Assembly: GCA_010909165.1 (NCBI GenBank)
Contig: MU008230.1
Span: 1 to 41,496 of the forward strand
Direction of reading: 5' to 3'
Length of the DNA: 41,496 nucleotides
Source of the DNA: Anthoceros angustus
Lineage: Eukaryota; Plantae; Anthocerotophyta
A program made the translations under genes and the position numbers. Under the pieces are notes generated by a model that saw nothing but the letters and a program-made list of their open reading frames with translations, searched no databases and was not told the origin of the DNA. Numbering within the stretch: the first letter of the stretch is position 1; each line of letters starts with the position of its first letter. Below are positions 1-11,150 of the stretch, piece after piece.

Positions 1-960
1 GTCGCTTTTGCCTTCTCCTTCTTGTCACACTCTGCTCTTCTTTCCAAATTTCACTCCCCATTCTCTCTCCATGTATTCCTCGTCTCAATCCAGAGGCAAA
101 GGAACCTTCATACAAGCCAAGAGTTCCTCCTTTGCGCCTCCATGCACAGCCCCCTACCCTCTTTTCCCTGTTGTTCGCCTCGTGTCACCTTGTTGAACTC
201 CACCTGGGCGCCAACACTTGGCATGGAGTGCCCTTATCATCGGGTTTTGATCGCCGGCTTTGGCCTTCGAGCTCACCAAGTGGAGCTCTGGAGCATTGAA
301 GGACACAATGCGAGTCGAGGCGTAACATATTGGGAAGGAAGGACCGCGCCGTAGAATTTCCTCATTGGAATCTGTGTCCTCTCACACATACACTCGAGGC
401 CCCGCACCGAGTCCGACATTGAAGACTACAGATTCTGTGGAAGCAATGGGAAGGACGAGAGAGAGAAGATGGCAAGGATTGCCACCGAGAGTAAGAGGAG
501 GAGCAATTGGTGATGCTCAGTCGCCATAGCTCTAGATATAGGTAGCAAGTAAGCGAGGAGCGAGGCTAGAGGAGTAATAGCAAGTTTGTTTTGTTGGTAC
601 GATGCCACTCATGGTGTGAGTACACTCATTTGCTTAGACACTTAAAGAACATTTCATCTAGTCCTCTAGCTTATATTCTGCTTTGAAAATATTTCAACTA
701 AGTGGGAGTATTGAATATGTTGTTAGAACTCCAGCTATCTACCTATCTAGTGGTAGTTTTATATTAGTTATAGCGGTTTAATAACCCAAGTAGCCTTTTG
801 GCTATATAACACTCTTGCTTTTCTAATACAAGTAGCACTTTTCCATACGCTTTGTGTACTTGCTCCCGCCCTCGTGGTTTGACCACCGCCTAGCTTGGAT
901 CCTAGGATGGCACACGCTTGCTTTTTAGATTTGCTGGCTCCCAAGATTTAAAATTCCTCC

Positions 961-2182
961 TCAGAATGGCAAAGGACTCATGAGTGTGGAAGCGCAAGAC
1001 GGATATTTTACTTTGTGAAATCCTCCTCCTCTTATAGGAGGCCTTCCACATACAACCTCCCTAGGTGCCCCTGCAGTCACCTTTTCCAATTTTCTATTAT
1101 TTCCTACCGCCAAAGATTGAATACCGCACTCAAGGCTATTGTCCATCCTTGGTAAATTCTATTCTAGTAACTTCACCTAAATCTATCCTTGAAGGATGTC
1201 AGGTTACATCACCTGTCCTTTCTATTCTTCTATCTAGCATTTATGGTCTTTAACCATATCTAGTCTTCACTGCGGCTGGGACGTCTGCTGTGGATTGGCC
1301 CGCCTCCTTCTTGCTCTTGCCCTTCCCAGCCCTTGTCATCTTCCTAATGTGTGGGGCACAATCTTGCCCTTCCTTCCACTGCTGGGCGCTGGTTTCTCCG
1401 TCCTCAACGCCGCCCCCACGCAGCACTGTGCGCCCTTCTTTCCAGCCGCCTGTACCGGCTGCATTCCCGCTTACCAGCACACCGCTGTAGTCCGGCGATC
1501 ATCGGTAGTGCGACTACCTACCACTAGTCTGTCTTTATTTTTCTTCTCCCACTACGATTCTTGGGTTGGATTTTTCCGTGCTCCTTTCCTCCTATTTGAT
1601 TTGTCCATACCTATCATGGAGCATTCTCAAAGATCTTTCCTCCCTCAATTGTCAGCCGATTTCCACTAATCCTTCCGGGCCCTTTCCGCATCAGCCTCCT
1701 CTCCTGGCTCAGGCCCTTCCCTCGCACGTGGGATGAGGGAACTTCTCACCCCTCCTTCCTTCTTGACGGATCGGATCCCGTCCCTGTTCTCTTCCGGTGG
1801 GGTTGTTTCCCCCACCTCCTCCTCTATTCCCAGGGTAGGCTAACGACCCTCGGCCCCTTCATTCAAATGATCACGGACCCCGTCCAGGCTCAGAATGAGC
1901 CCGGCGCTCATGGTTATTCTACCCTGCCCATGAGTCACGGCGGTCGGGTTGGTTGCCACCACGGTAGTCCGGGCAGACTACTGTGGTAGGCTGAGTCACC
2001 TACCATAGGGTGACCGGGAGGGTCCCCCTCCTTGCTCTTCATGCCATCCTTCGCTTCTGGCGCTGCTGTCCCTTCTCCTCCTTCCGACTCCCCAGATTCC
2101 TCAGTGTCCATGTCACTTGTAGCCTCGTCAAAGTATGAGGCTTCCAGCTGCACTTGCTGCAGCTCCTTCCGGTCATCATCAT
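961..2182 (-). mobile_element. Downstream part of a degenerate minus-strand element (host of the gypsy insertion), family unassigned
   Basis: The frame of ORF 1935..2153 (...DDDDRKELQQVQLEASYFDEATSDMDTEES...) continues in frame across the removed 2183-11150 insertion into 11151+. Left boundary is arbitrary. Confidence 0.4.
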
Positions 2183-2629
2183 GAGGGTGTCATGCCACCC
2201 TGATGAAATGACATGTGAAGGGGTATATGGGTGCATGTATGTGCATGAATATGGCATGTATGCCCGCTTATGGACATGCACACATGATGGGCATGCATGA
2301 TGGAATGCGACATGGCATGCTCAGAGGTTGTGAGGATGGCCACAACGCGTGGATGGCGGGTGTCAACATCATGATCACCCGTGATACGGCGATGCGGGAA
2401 CCGCGGGATGCATCGTCTCTCGGGGAGGTGTCAAGGCGCCAGGCGCCTGTGGCGAGGAAGGCACGCCGAGCACTTAGCGTATAAGATATGGAGCGTTAGG
2501 CGGATTGCGATGTTTGTTCTAGAAGCGTACGGATCCCAAACGTAGCATATGAGGTTCCTTGCATAGCGATAGCTCTGAGGAAGTCTTGGTGGCGAGTTGG
2601 ACTCCACATCCATTGAAATGAAATTTTGC
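2183..2629 (+). repeat. Terminal repeat A1 of the gypsy element
   Basis: Aligns with 10579-11042, including the exact block GATGAAATGACATGTGAAGGGGTATATGGGTGCATGTATGTGCATGAATATGGCATGTATGCCCGCT and the end TTGAAATGAAATTTTGC. Confidence 0.9.
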
Positions 2630-3099
2630 ACATCGCCAATCCCTTGAGTGGATCGCGGTGTGGCGTCGACAAGGGTGACTGCAGCTTAGCCGAGGTCTTG
2701 TGAAGGGAACTCAAGGACATCACGGAAGGACGGTGGAGCACAGATAAGTCCATGGTGAAGCAGTGAGGGTGCTGTAGACTACTCGGTGTTGTTTTGTCGG
2801 GTCGGTCCATTGCATTTAGGTCATCTGGCGAACTAGAACCCGCATATTTGTGGCGTAGGTTGTGGGATGAAGTGATTGTGAGACTCTCATGGTTGGGTGA
2901 TTGAATGACGGAAGGAGCCAACACTAACTTTGATGACATGCCATACATAGTCTCGCGGAAGGGATTAGTAAGGTAATGGTGTTTTTTGATGCAGGTGGAC
3001 AAACGAGTTTACTCCTATTCGAGCTCGTCTGTCACAATATCCCTCATCCATAAACCAAGTGGTCGATTGAGAGGTGTATAGTCCCGTCCGATCCATAGC

Positions 3100-4000
3100 A
3101 TTTGAAGAGTGGTGGTAGTAAGGAATGGAATATGAGATGGCGCCCGGCAAAAAGCGATGTGTTCACCGCTGGATATGTCGTTGGGCTGATTTTGAGGAAA
3201 AGTTCGGTGGGCAATCGATGAGATGGTGCTCAAGTACAAGTCCAATTCCATAGAAATGGCACTAAGGAAGATGAGCACGTTTCTTGCGGAGGCGACACCT
3301 CTGGTGTTGCAAGGATCGATCTTGCGAGGATCGCGGGCTCGCAGGCAAGAATGGCCAAGAAGATGTTGAAAGCGGATGGAGGAGGAGTCGTCCGATTCCA
3401 CAGGCGATGCCATCACATACCGTAGACGAGATGTTCTCCAAATTGCGGAAATGTTTCCAGTAGCCTCTATAGAAGATTCGGGAGTTGTCAAAGTTCACCA
3501 TCAAGCCCAGACCTCCAGTCCTATTTGAGGTGAGGCAATTGGTGACACGCGTGTGAAGGCGATGCGAAGGCCCCGGATCTACATTGCCGGAAGACAAGAA
3601 GAGTGATTGCTAATTTCCACACACATGATGCATGGTGCCGACTGAGCTAGAACAAGCCTATGAGATGGCGAGCGGGTCATGAAGGCGGCCGGTGACAAGC
3701 TTCTTGGGAGCACAATCGGTGAGGAGACGGCATGCCATGAACAACCCAAGGTTTCAAGGAAGAACTACGTAGCACACTCAAGTGAACACACTGAGAATTC
3801 CCACCAAGGAGCACGGCTATGACGCACCAACAAAGCCACGGTGAAATGTCTTGAGGGGCCGCACAAGGCCTTCGGTGAGCATCGGGTTGGGGGACGAAGG
3901 AGAAGGAGCAATGCGAACATGTGCCAAAGCCGGACATACAGCGGCGTGTTGGGCTCATCCCGAATTTAAAAGGGGTTGTGGGCGGGTGCCAAGGCAAAAT
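3100..4000 (+). pseudogene. gag-like region of the gypsy element (disrupted)
   Basis: Position between the 5' repeat and the protease; fragmentary frames such as WADFEEK...WAIDEMVLKYK; possible zinc-knuckle remnant near 3845-3875. Weak. Confidence 0.4.
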
Positions 4001-4439
4001 CGGTACACAGCGCGCCGATGAGTGCAGTGCAGAAAACTAGCCATGAGTGTAAGCACGGGGGGAAGCTCGGTGGCTATCACTGAGGACTATGATTCGGACC
4101 CAGAGGTGTATGCGCTAATGGCCACGAAATCACCAGATGATGGACGGACTAGCGTCGACCTGGGAGGAGCGGTGCGAAGAAAGAAGGGTGAGGAAAGGAA
4201 TCACTCAAGATGCCCAAATCCTTTAGGCAACATGAAGAAGATCCGGAGGAACGGACGTATGAAGAAGTCACCCAGTGCTGAGCTTATGCTTGAAAAGGTG
4301 ATGGATGTGCCCGTGATGAGCTTGCGTGACACACGGGAGTCAAGGCATAGCCGTTTAAGCCATGAAGGCTGGATGCAAAGGAGTCCGCCGAGCGATCGGT
4401 GTCCGGATCGTCGGCCCTGTGGGATCACTCAAGCCCGGC

Positions 4440-4860
4440 GGACGGGCAAAGGGGCATTGCCATGGTCAATAATCAAGGTCGGGAGGTAACGGTCAGCGGC
4501 TTTGCCCGAACATGTGTTGGTAGATCTGACAGCGCAGACCCGGTGTTGCTTGGGGCACGGGTGCAGAAGGCTCTCGGCTACTGGGGATAAGCTTAAGCCA
4601 TGTGAGGTGCACATTACCACATCGCGGGAACCAAGGAAGCGTGATGGGAATGACTAGCGAGGACGCATAGAGTTCAAGCCGGGCACAAAGGATGCCACCA
4701 TCGCCGTTCATTGCTTGGTGTCTAGCATGAATTACGATGTGCTGCTTGGGGCGATACTGCGGCCCGGCAATGGGGGGTAGATCCGTTACTCGAGCATTTT
4801 ATAGACGCGATGGCGGGATGGGGACTTCACACAAGTGGCGATTCCGATATGAGGCGACAT
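4440..4860 (+). pseudogene. Aspartic protease region of the gypsy element (disrupted)
   Basis: Frameshifted segments ...SADPVLLGARVQKALG... and ...VHCLVSSMNYDVLLGAIL..., lying directly before the MTase. The catalytic D-S/T-G is not cleanly readable. Confidence 0.5.
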
Positions 4861-5138
4861 CTTGAGGTCGAGATGATCGCATTGCTATAGGCGGCGTTGT
4901 GCGAGCAAGTGGTATGGGAAGAACTCGTGCGGGAAGAGGAGGCGGGAGGCGTCAGCGATGGGTGTATGCATGTAAAGAAAACCCCCTGCGAAAAACTTTG
5001 GCGGGCGCACTCGACAAAGCCGGCGAAGCGTGGCCGATGTGTCCGGAAACATGCTTGCCCAAGTTGGGAGCCGTGGACAGCGCCGCTTTAAGGATCAATA
5101 CGGATGTGATTCGGTGGCAACACGGCGGTATACACCTC

Positions 5139-6030
5139 ATGGAGCTGTGTTCAGGGATCAGTAGCGGGCTTGAAGCGGTACTGAGGAGTGGAATACGGGT
5201 GAGGAAATACACGTGTGTTGAAGTGGACGAGAAGACACGTGCAGTCGCCAATCTAGGATCATCAGGATGCAAAGGACGTATCCCGGACTATTAAGCATGG
5301 AGGCAGTGAAGGGATGTCAGAGCAGGTTACCCCATGATGTCAGATTGGTAGGGAAACGACAGCTGGAAGCGGTCAGGTGCCCGGTCGATATGCTGCTCTC
5401 AGGATGGGAATGCAAGACGTTTTCCAGGGCCGGTTGTGGAAAAGGTGACGGTGTGGAAGTGGCTGCAGAAGTAATCAGGATTCTGAAGGAAGTACAGTTA
5501 GTCAATCCCACTTGCTGGTACGTGCTGGAAAATGTGTGCGGAGCATTCGATAAGCGTGAACATGTGAGGAAGGCTACGAGCAGCTCAGAAGTTGGATAGG
5601 AGAGGAGTTCATTATAGATGCTGCGCAAACGGGCTCATATGCCCACCGGGTGCGAAGTTTTTGGACAAACGTGACCCGTGTAGAGGTTCTCGAGCAACAC
5701 GTGGGTTGACCAAACCGGAAGCAATATGTGGATGATATCTTAGAAAAGGCGATCACGCGGTGCGGAAGATGGACAAACCTCCACGATTTCGTAAATAAGG
5801 TTGGGAAGCCGAGAAGGGCTGGCCCACACTCGTAAGGGCCCAATCTTATCTTATGCCTTGAGGCGGGCCGTGGTGGATCTCGTTGGAAATGAGGTAGGTG
5901 AGCCCACGGTGATGGAAGGGCCATGGGGTTTGATGGATGGGACCATCACGCGGGCATTCTGAAACATATGTCGATGCAAGTTCTTTGGGTCAAGCGTTTG
6001 ATCTACACCACGCAATGGCTGTTGAACGTG
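5139..6030 (+). pseudogene. Cytosine-5 DNA methyltransferase domain (Dnmt3/DRM-like) embedded in pol, frameshifted in this assembly
   Basis: Motif I ELCSGISSG (5142), E-x-D (CVEVDEK), motif IV GWECKTFSRAG (catalytic Cys codon 5411-5413), motif VI YVLENV (5528), motif VIII DAAQTGSYAHRVRSFWTN (5617), RAMGF (5917). Confidence 0.85.
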
Positions 6031-6289
6031 GGTCAGCCACACAAATAGATATGTGCAAGGGAGGTGATGTCTATCCTGCTTGAAGAAGGCGAGTTTCGTC
6101 TGACTGACACAAAGGAGATCATCTGCGGCTGCGAGGGGACGACAGAGAACACCACAGTAAACTCAACGCATGAGTGGCAGATATGCGAAGAGTTAGAAGA
6201 AGTCGATCAACAGAAGATTCGAGATATCTTTGCGAATCGGCACACCACCGTTTAGGAGAAGTATGATCGTATCAAGTTCAAGATCACCA

Positions 6290-7460
6290 CCACCACCAAT
6301 GAGCCAGTGTTTAGACGAAGGCACAGGTTGAGTCCCATGGAGTGGGACATTGTGGATAGAAGATGTAAGGAGCTGGCAGCAGCTGGACTAATCAGGAAGT
6401 CCACCTCGCAATATCTTTGCGGCTTTGTGTTTAAAAAGGAATGGCGAATGGAGCAGCGAGAAGGATGTGTGGAGACTATCGTGCTTTGAATGAGGTGACA
6501 CCCATGGAGCGATATCCATGCCGGATGAAATCTTTGATGCCATTGGGCGGGCCAAGTATTTCACTACATTGGATTTCGAGATTCAATCAAATAGTCATCG
6601 AAGAGAGACAAGTGCAAGTGCGCATTTTGGGGTAAGGACCAGGTGTGGGAATGGGAAACAATGCCATTTGGTTTGAAAACGCATCATTTATTTTCATGGT
6701 GGGCGATTTGGAGTTCTGAGTATGTCGTTTGTAAGATGTTACATCGACGACATCTTAGTGTTCGATGTGACTGGAAGAACATCTCAACACCTTGAGATTT
6801 TCTGCAAAGATTGGCCAAATCGTCGGGGTTGAAGGCACACCAAAAAGTGCAAGTTTGCTTACAAGGAGATAGAATACAGGGCATAAGATAGTTCCGGTGG
6901 GGTGTTGCCTCGGTGGCCAAGGTCGGGCAATTGATCTCATGCCCCGCCTAGAGACATTGCCGCCTTGAGGGCATTTGGGACTTGTCAATTATTCGCGGTT
7001 TGTAGAAATATGAGCAACATATGCAAGGTCTTGTATGAATTGCTCAAGAAGGAGTGCCTTGGCGATGGGGACAAGCAGGGGAGGCTTGGCGAGTTGAAGA
7101 ACCACGGAAGGCCAATGCTCAAAAGGACCCGATTTTGACAAGCCATTTGTCTTATATCTGATTTGGGTCTTGGTGGTCTTGGACATGTGAAGAAGGAAAG
7201 GGCGGGTTGTCGCGTATGCAAATGGGTCCAACAATGCTGCGGAAGCAAACTACTCATCGTATGAAGGGAATGCACAGCTGGTTTGTTTACATTTCGGTGT
7301 ATTTGTTTGGCGGAGTTTTCAACATCACGGATCCATGCCCCTTCAAGGCTGATGACAAATATGAAGTGGAAAACTTGCCCGATGGGCGCTTTCTTGTCGA
7401 ATATGACATGCGATTGTGCACCGGGTAAAGTGCATCTCAATGCAACGGTCTCAGTAGAAA
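6290..7460 (+). pseudogene. Reverse transcriptase and RNase H (Ty3/gypsy), frameshifted
   Basis: PVFRRRHRLSPMEWDIV...RMCGDYRALN...YFTTLD...MPFGLK...CYIDD (YIDD at 6740-6751); DKPFVLY.D...ITDPCP...LNA. Confidence 0.9.
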
Positions 7461-7779
7461 CCCAATGTGCGACAAAGAAGATGTGATTGGAGCAAGGCAG
7501 GACTTTAAACTCACTCAAAGCATGCCCAGTTTTTACATGGCCCTAATGTCTACAGAACAGGAAGATGGAAGGCAACTGGCTGAGGGAGGAAGAGACATAT
7601 GGAAGAATGAGCAAGCTATCCAGCTGTTACGGGAAGGACAGGTCCCGGGCATGGAAGCCTCAGCGCTGCAAAAACTACAACGGAAAATCGTTCGTTACAC
7701 TTATGAAAACGGTAAGGTGTGGGTCACGGATCGTGGAGTGCTCAAGGAAGTCCCACCTATAGGAGAAAGGAAGCAATTG

Positions 7780-8790
7780 GTAACTAAGATACATGTTACG
7801 CTTGGCCACTTTGGAGTGAAACGGACTCATCATATGTTGAAAAATGCGTACTTCTGGTCGGGCATGTATGCGAGGCGTTGAAAAGGTGGTGGCCAAATGT
7901 GCAGCGTGTGATGCGTGAAGGCGATTCTCCACCAAGATATGGTGTTGCATTCGCTACCCATCGAGGACTTTTCTTGAGATGGTGCATCTAATGCGAACTA
8001 CGTCAAGCGAGGGGAGACATTGTATGTTGATGATCGAACATTTTCGAAGTGGGTGGAGTTGGCCTTTACGCTCAGTTCGCAATATACCGCAGGCGTTTTG
8101 CAATGTGTTCTCTCGTGAGTCTGGCGTCTTTGAGGTGTTGGACCAAGGCAATGAGTTTCGAGGAGAGTTTCAAGCACTACTGGATCGAACGATAGATCCG
8201 GTGAACCTCCGGGATCACCGCGGTGATGGGTTGGCGGGCGTTTAGTCGGACCTTCAAGGACTCTTTGCGCAAATATTGTATGGAGATAGAACCCGATTCT
8301 TTGGGGAGCTATTGCCTTATGTAGCTCTAGGATATCGAATCGTGTACAAGCCGCTTGGTAACTGATCCTACTACATCATGTTTGGCGAAATGCAATCATG
8401 CTAGTGAACACCTCCAAGCCGTGGCGGACACGGATCCTATGGGATGTTTGTCGGAATTGCAAGCAAGAGCAAAGCTGTTTCAACGTGTGATGCCAATGGC
8501 CATGGATAATCTTGCTATAGCCCAACATCGGGACCAACTTCGATATGCATTCACCAGGGGAGGATCTTGGAAACCCAAAGCAAGGAAGTTTGAGGCAGGC
8601 GACTTCGTTTACTTGCAGCACCGACCCTCAACTACTTTAGATGTGAGCACTGGCCGTTTGATCCTGCGAGTAGTCCACGTCGGTGAGCAAGGGGTGATTG
8701 AGTTGGAAGGGCAAGATGGGCGTCGGTGCAAGAGCATATCACACACGGCACCGTGCCACTTGCCCAATCTCGACACAAGCGCATGAGCAT
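7780..8790 (+). pseudogene. Integrase (HHCC zinc finger plus DDE core), frameshifted
   Basis: HVTLGHFGVKRTHHMLKNAYFWSGMY...KCAAC; DQGNEFRGEF; DGLA-R; C-terminal LAIAQHRDQLRYAFTRGG...PCHLP. Confidence 0.88.
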
Positions 8791-8814
8791 GGAAACCACC
8801 GATTGATCGCCTTG

Positions 8815-8930
8815 TGAGTTCTGTCACGTTCGATCACGGTGATGTTGCTTTGTGACAAATGCAGCGGAGGTATCATGTTTTTGCCCAGCCACTCCAATTC
8901 CAGACGGTGAATGGTTACGCCCGTGCTCAT
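8815..8930 (+). other. PHD finger at the C-terminus of pol (frameshifted)
   Basis: CEFC...MLLCDKCSGG/YHVFC...PIPDGEW.RPC read across two single-base shifts matches the C4HC3 pattern. Confidence 0.72.
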
Positions 8931-9471
8931 CCACAAGCAAATCAAGTGGGTGGGGGCGGTGGGTGCCTCATGAATGCAAGTTCGCCAACCACGACCCAAT
9001 AGGGTCTACATGTGCCCGTTCGCAAAAGCAGCGGCCGCAAGAGCGCGTAGTGTAGTAATGTTTTGGATGATGGCAATACAAGCGAGATGAGTGTTTGAAG
9101 CCCTATGATGGTCATACTTTTCGCAAAGGGTTAGGTTATCAGTGTGTAAATAGCCGCGAGAGGTTCCGCACCAAGGCCTTAGGTAGGCGCACATGAGGGA
9201 CAAGAGGCGCAAACTAAGCATCGCGGCAAATTGGGCCAACAGCACAAGGTGGGCGGCGTTGGCGAAAGGAGGTCGTCAGGCGCCCGTGGGCACAACAGCA
9301 GCTCGCGATTGGAGCATCTGGCATCATAAGGAACGGATCGCAAGCGTGGCAGCTCTGCATCAAGGTGATTTGTTGGTCATCTGTGGATTGAGGTCACGCT
9401 TCTGATTCGGAAGGGGGAAGGCAAGCTCACAACCCTGGTAGATTGAGAGCCTTTCGACAATCAGCGCCCTT

Positions 9472-10116
9472 GTGAGCCGGTTGTTCACGGGTGGATGGGT
9501 TTGGCACCAGCAGTGGCGATGCGTAGAAAAAGCCACTAACAAGTCTTCACGCATCTTTGGCGGAGGTGGGGGGTGTGACATGCGACTAACGGCGGAGGCT
9601 GTGGTGTGTGTAGAGGTGTGGATGGACACGGATCACACATGTAAGACCTGCTTTCGCAGGATGCATCATAGTGTGCCCCAATTTCCTGAGCGGCCATGGG
9701 AAGATAAGTGGCGTACTCCCCTGGTTCGCAAATATCAGCCTGGCAAACCAGAACGGCCAGAGACATTCCTGGAATTGCAGGCGTTTTTGCTGTATGTGGA
9801 GTCTCATCATGAGACTTGCAAGGTCGAAAATTTTCCATATGACCACAAGGATTTGTTTGAACTTGCAGGGAGAGGAATGAATAGGCAGACGTTTGTGTGG
9901 ACTAGCTATTGTGAAGGGGCATTTCGCAAACTGGAGCATCACCTTTTTATGCATCAGGTGTTTGATCACTGGCCCAAGGAAGGGTTTTTGATGTATAGGC
10001 AACAGGAGAAACCTGCAGATTTCGATTTGAAGTGTGGCTTAGTCATTTACATCGGGAGAAAGCGGGATGCCGCCCTGCAGGCTTTTACCGCTTGCTTTAT
10101 ACTTGACGAATTCTAG
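9472..10116 (+). CDS. Extra 3' ORF with a segment resembling an RT thumb/connection domain
   Basis: Open 214-codon frame; PETFLELQAFL...KDLFELAGRG...TFVWTSYCEGAFRKLEHHL matches the P..V.ELQ.FLG...PL.EL....F.W...C..AF..LK..L pattern of gypsy RT connection domains. Confidence 0.55.
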   Translation: MSRLFTGGWVWHQQWRCVEKATNKSSRIFGGGGGCDMRLTAEAVVCVEVWMDTDHTCKTCFRRMHHSVPQFPERPWEDKWRTPLVRKYQPGKPERPETFLELQAFLLYVESHHETCKVENFPYDHKDLFELAGRGMNRQTFVWTSYCEGAFRKLEHHLFMHQVFDHWPKEGFLMYRQQEKPADFDLKCGLVIYIGRKRDAALQAFTACFILDEF

Positions 10117-10467
10117 AATGGGATGAGCCTACCAAATCTGGCGCTTGCTCAACCAGCGTCGGTGATTATTTACGCACCGTGCATCGCGATTACTATGTAA
10201 ATGGCTTGAATGGGCCACGGATGGCGGAGTTAAAAGCAGCTTGCGGATGAGGAAGAAGAACTTTTGGCTCGCCATCGAGCGAGCAGCGGTGGGAAGGCAA
10301 GTGAATGAATACTGACCCGAAGAGGCGGGTGGCGCTTTATTGGCCCAGGGGCCTTGAGTGCTTCTCATTAACTTCAAGATAGTATGTTTGACGTTTCTAT
10401 AGAAGGTTTTATGGGATATGATGCCCAAGTGCTACTGTGACAATGGCAGCCGCTTCTTGGGCGGGGG

Positions 10468-10578
10468 CCATTGGCTTTTGAATAGTCTTAAGATGCGCTG
10501 CGTGTAGGTTTGTTTGGGTGCGGGTTATTGTGAACGCTTTTACACATAGTTTGTCCGTGTGTCTTGAACGCTATGCAC
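10468..10578 (+). repeat. Terminal repeat B1, preceded by a PPT-like GGGCGGGGG (10459-10467)
   Basis: Near-identical to 11042-11150 (CTTTTGAATAGTCTTAAGAT...GTGAACGCTTTTACACATAGTTTGTCCGTGTGTCTTGAACGCT.ATGCAC). Confidence 0.9.
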
Positions 10579-11042
10579 GAGCGCGACGCCATGCCACCAC
10601 GATGAAATGACATGTGAAGGGGTATATGGGTGCATGTATGTGCATGAATATGGCATGTATGCCCGCTATGGACATGCATGCACATGGGCATGCATGATGG
10701 CATGCAATGACATGCGTCAGAGGTTGTGAGGATGGCCACAAACGCGCGTGGATGGCGGGTGTCAACATCGATCACCCGTAATTACGCGTAATTAGGGAAC
10801 CGCGCACGGAGGCATCGCTCCTTTTCGTGAGGGTGTCATGCGCGCGCCTGTGGCGAGGAAGGCGCCAGCACTTAGGCAAGATAAGATGGCCAACATCGAG
10901 CAAAGGGCGGATTGTTGATGTTTGTTCTAGAAGCGCCATACGGATCCCAAACGTAGCATATGAGGTTCCTTGCATAGCGATAGCTCTGGGAAGTGCGGGT
11001 GAGCGAGTTGGATCCTACATCCGCATTGAAATGAAATTTTGC
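10579..11042 (+). repeat. Terminal repeat A2
   Basis: Direct-repeat copy of 2183-2629. Confidence 0.9.
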
Positions 11043-11150
11043 CATTGATGCTTTTGAATAGTCTTAAGATATGTGTGTAGGTTTGTTTGGTGCGGTTATT
11101 GTGAACGCTTTTACACATAGTTTGTCCGTGTGTCTTGAACGCTTATGCAC
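11042..11150 (+). repeat. Terminal repeat B2 (3' end of the element)
   Basis: Direct-repeat copy of 10468-10578. Confidence 0.9.

Larger units (their letters stand above)
2183..11150 (+). mobile_element. Ty3/gypsy-type retrotransposon carrying a C5 DNA methyltransferase and a PHD finger, with split direct repeats
   Basis: Order gag-like, PR, MTase, RT (CGDYRALN, MPFGLK, YIDD), RNase H, HHCC/DDE integrase, PHD. Terminal repeats A1 (5') and B1-A2-B2 (3'). Removing it rejoins the flanks in frame. Confidence 0.9.

Noticed and set aside
1-960. Short ORFs (including hydrophobic 426..608) and an LTR-like AT-rich tract at ~700-910
   Set aside because: No protein motif, partner LTR or convincing PBS; probably TE-derived but not classifiable from this window.
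2659-2675. TGGCGTCGAC as the PBS of the gypsy element
   Set aside because: It lies well away from the end of repeat A1 and I cannot match it confidently to a tRNA 3' end.
2630-10467. Tyrosine recombinase that would explain the split direct repeats
   Set aside because: No R-H-R-Y pattern was recognised in any frame by eye; the integrase present is HHCC/DDE type. A profile search is still needed.
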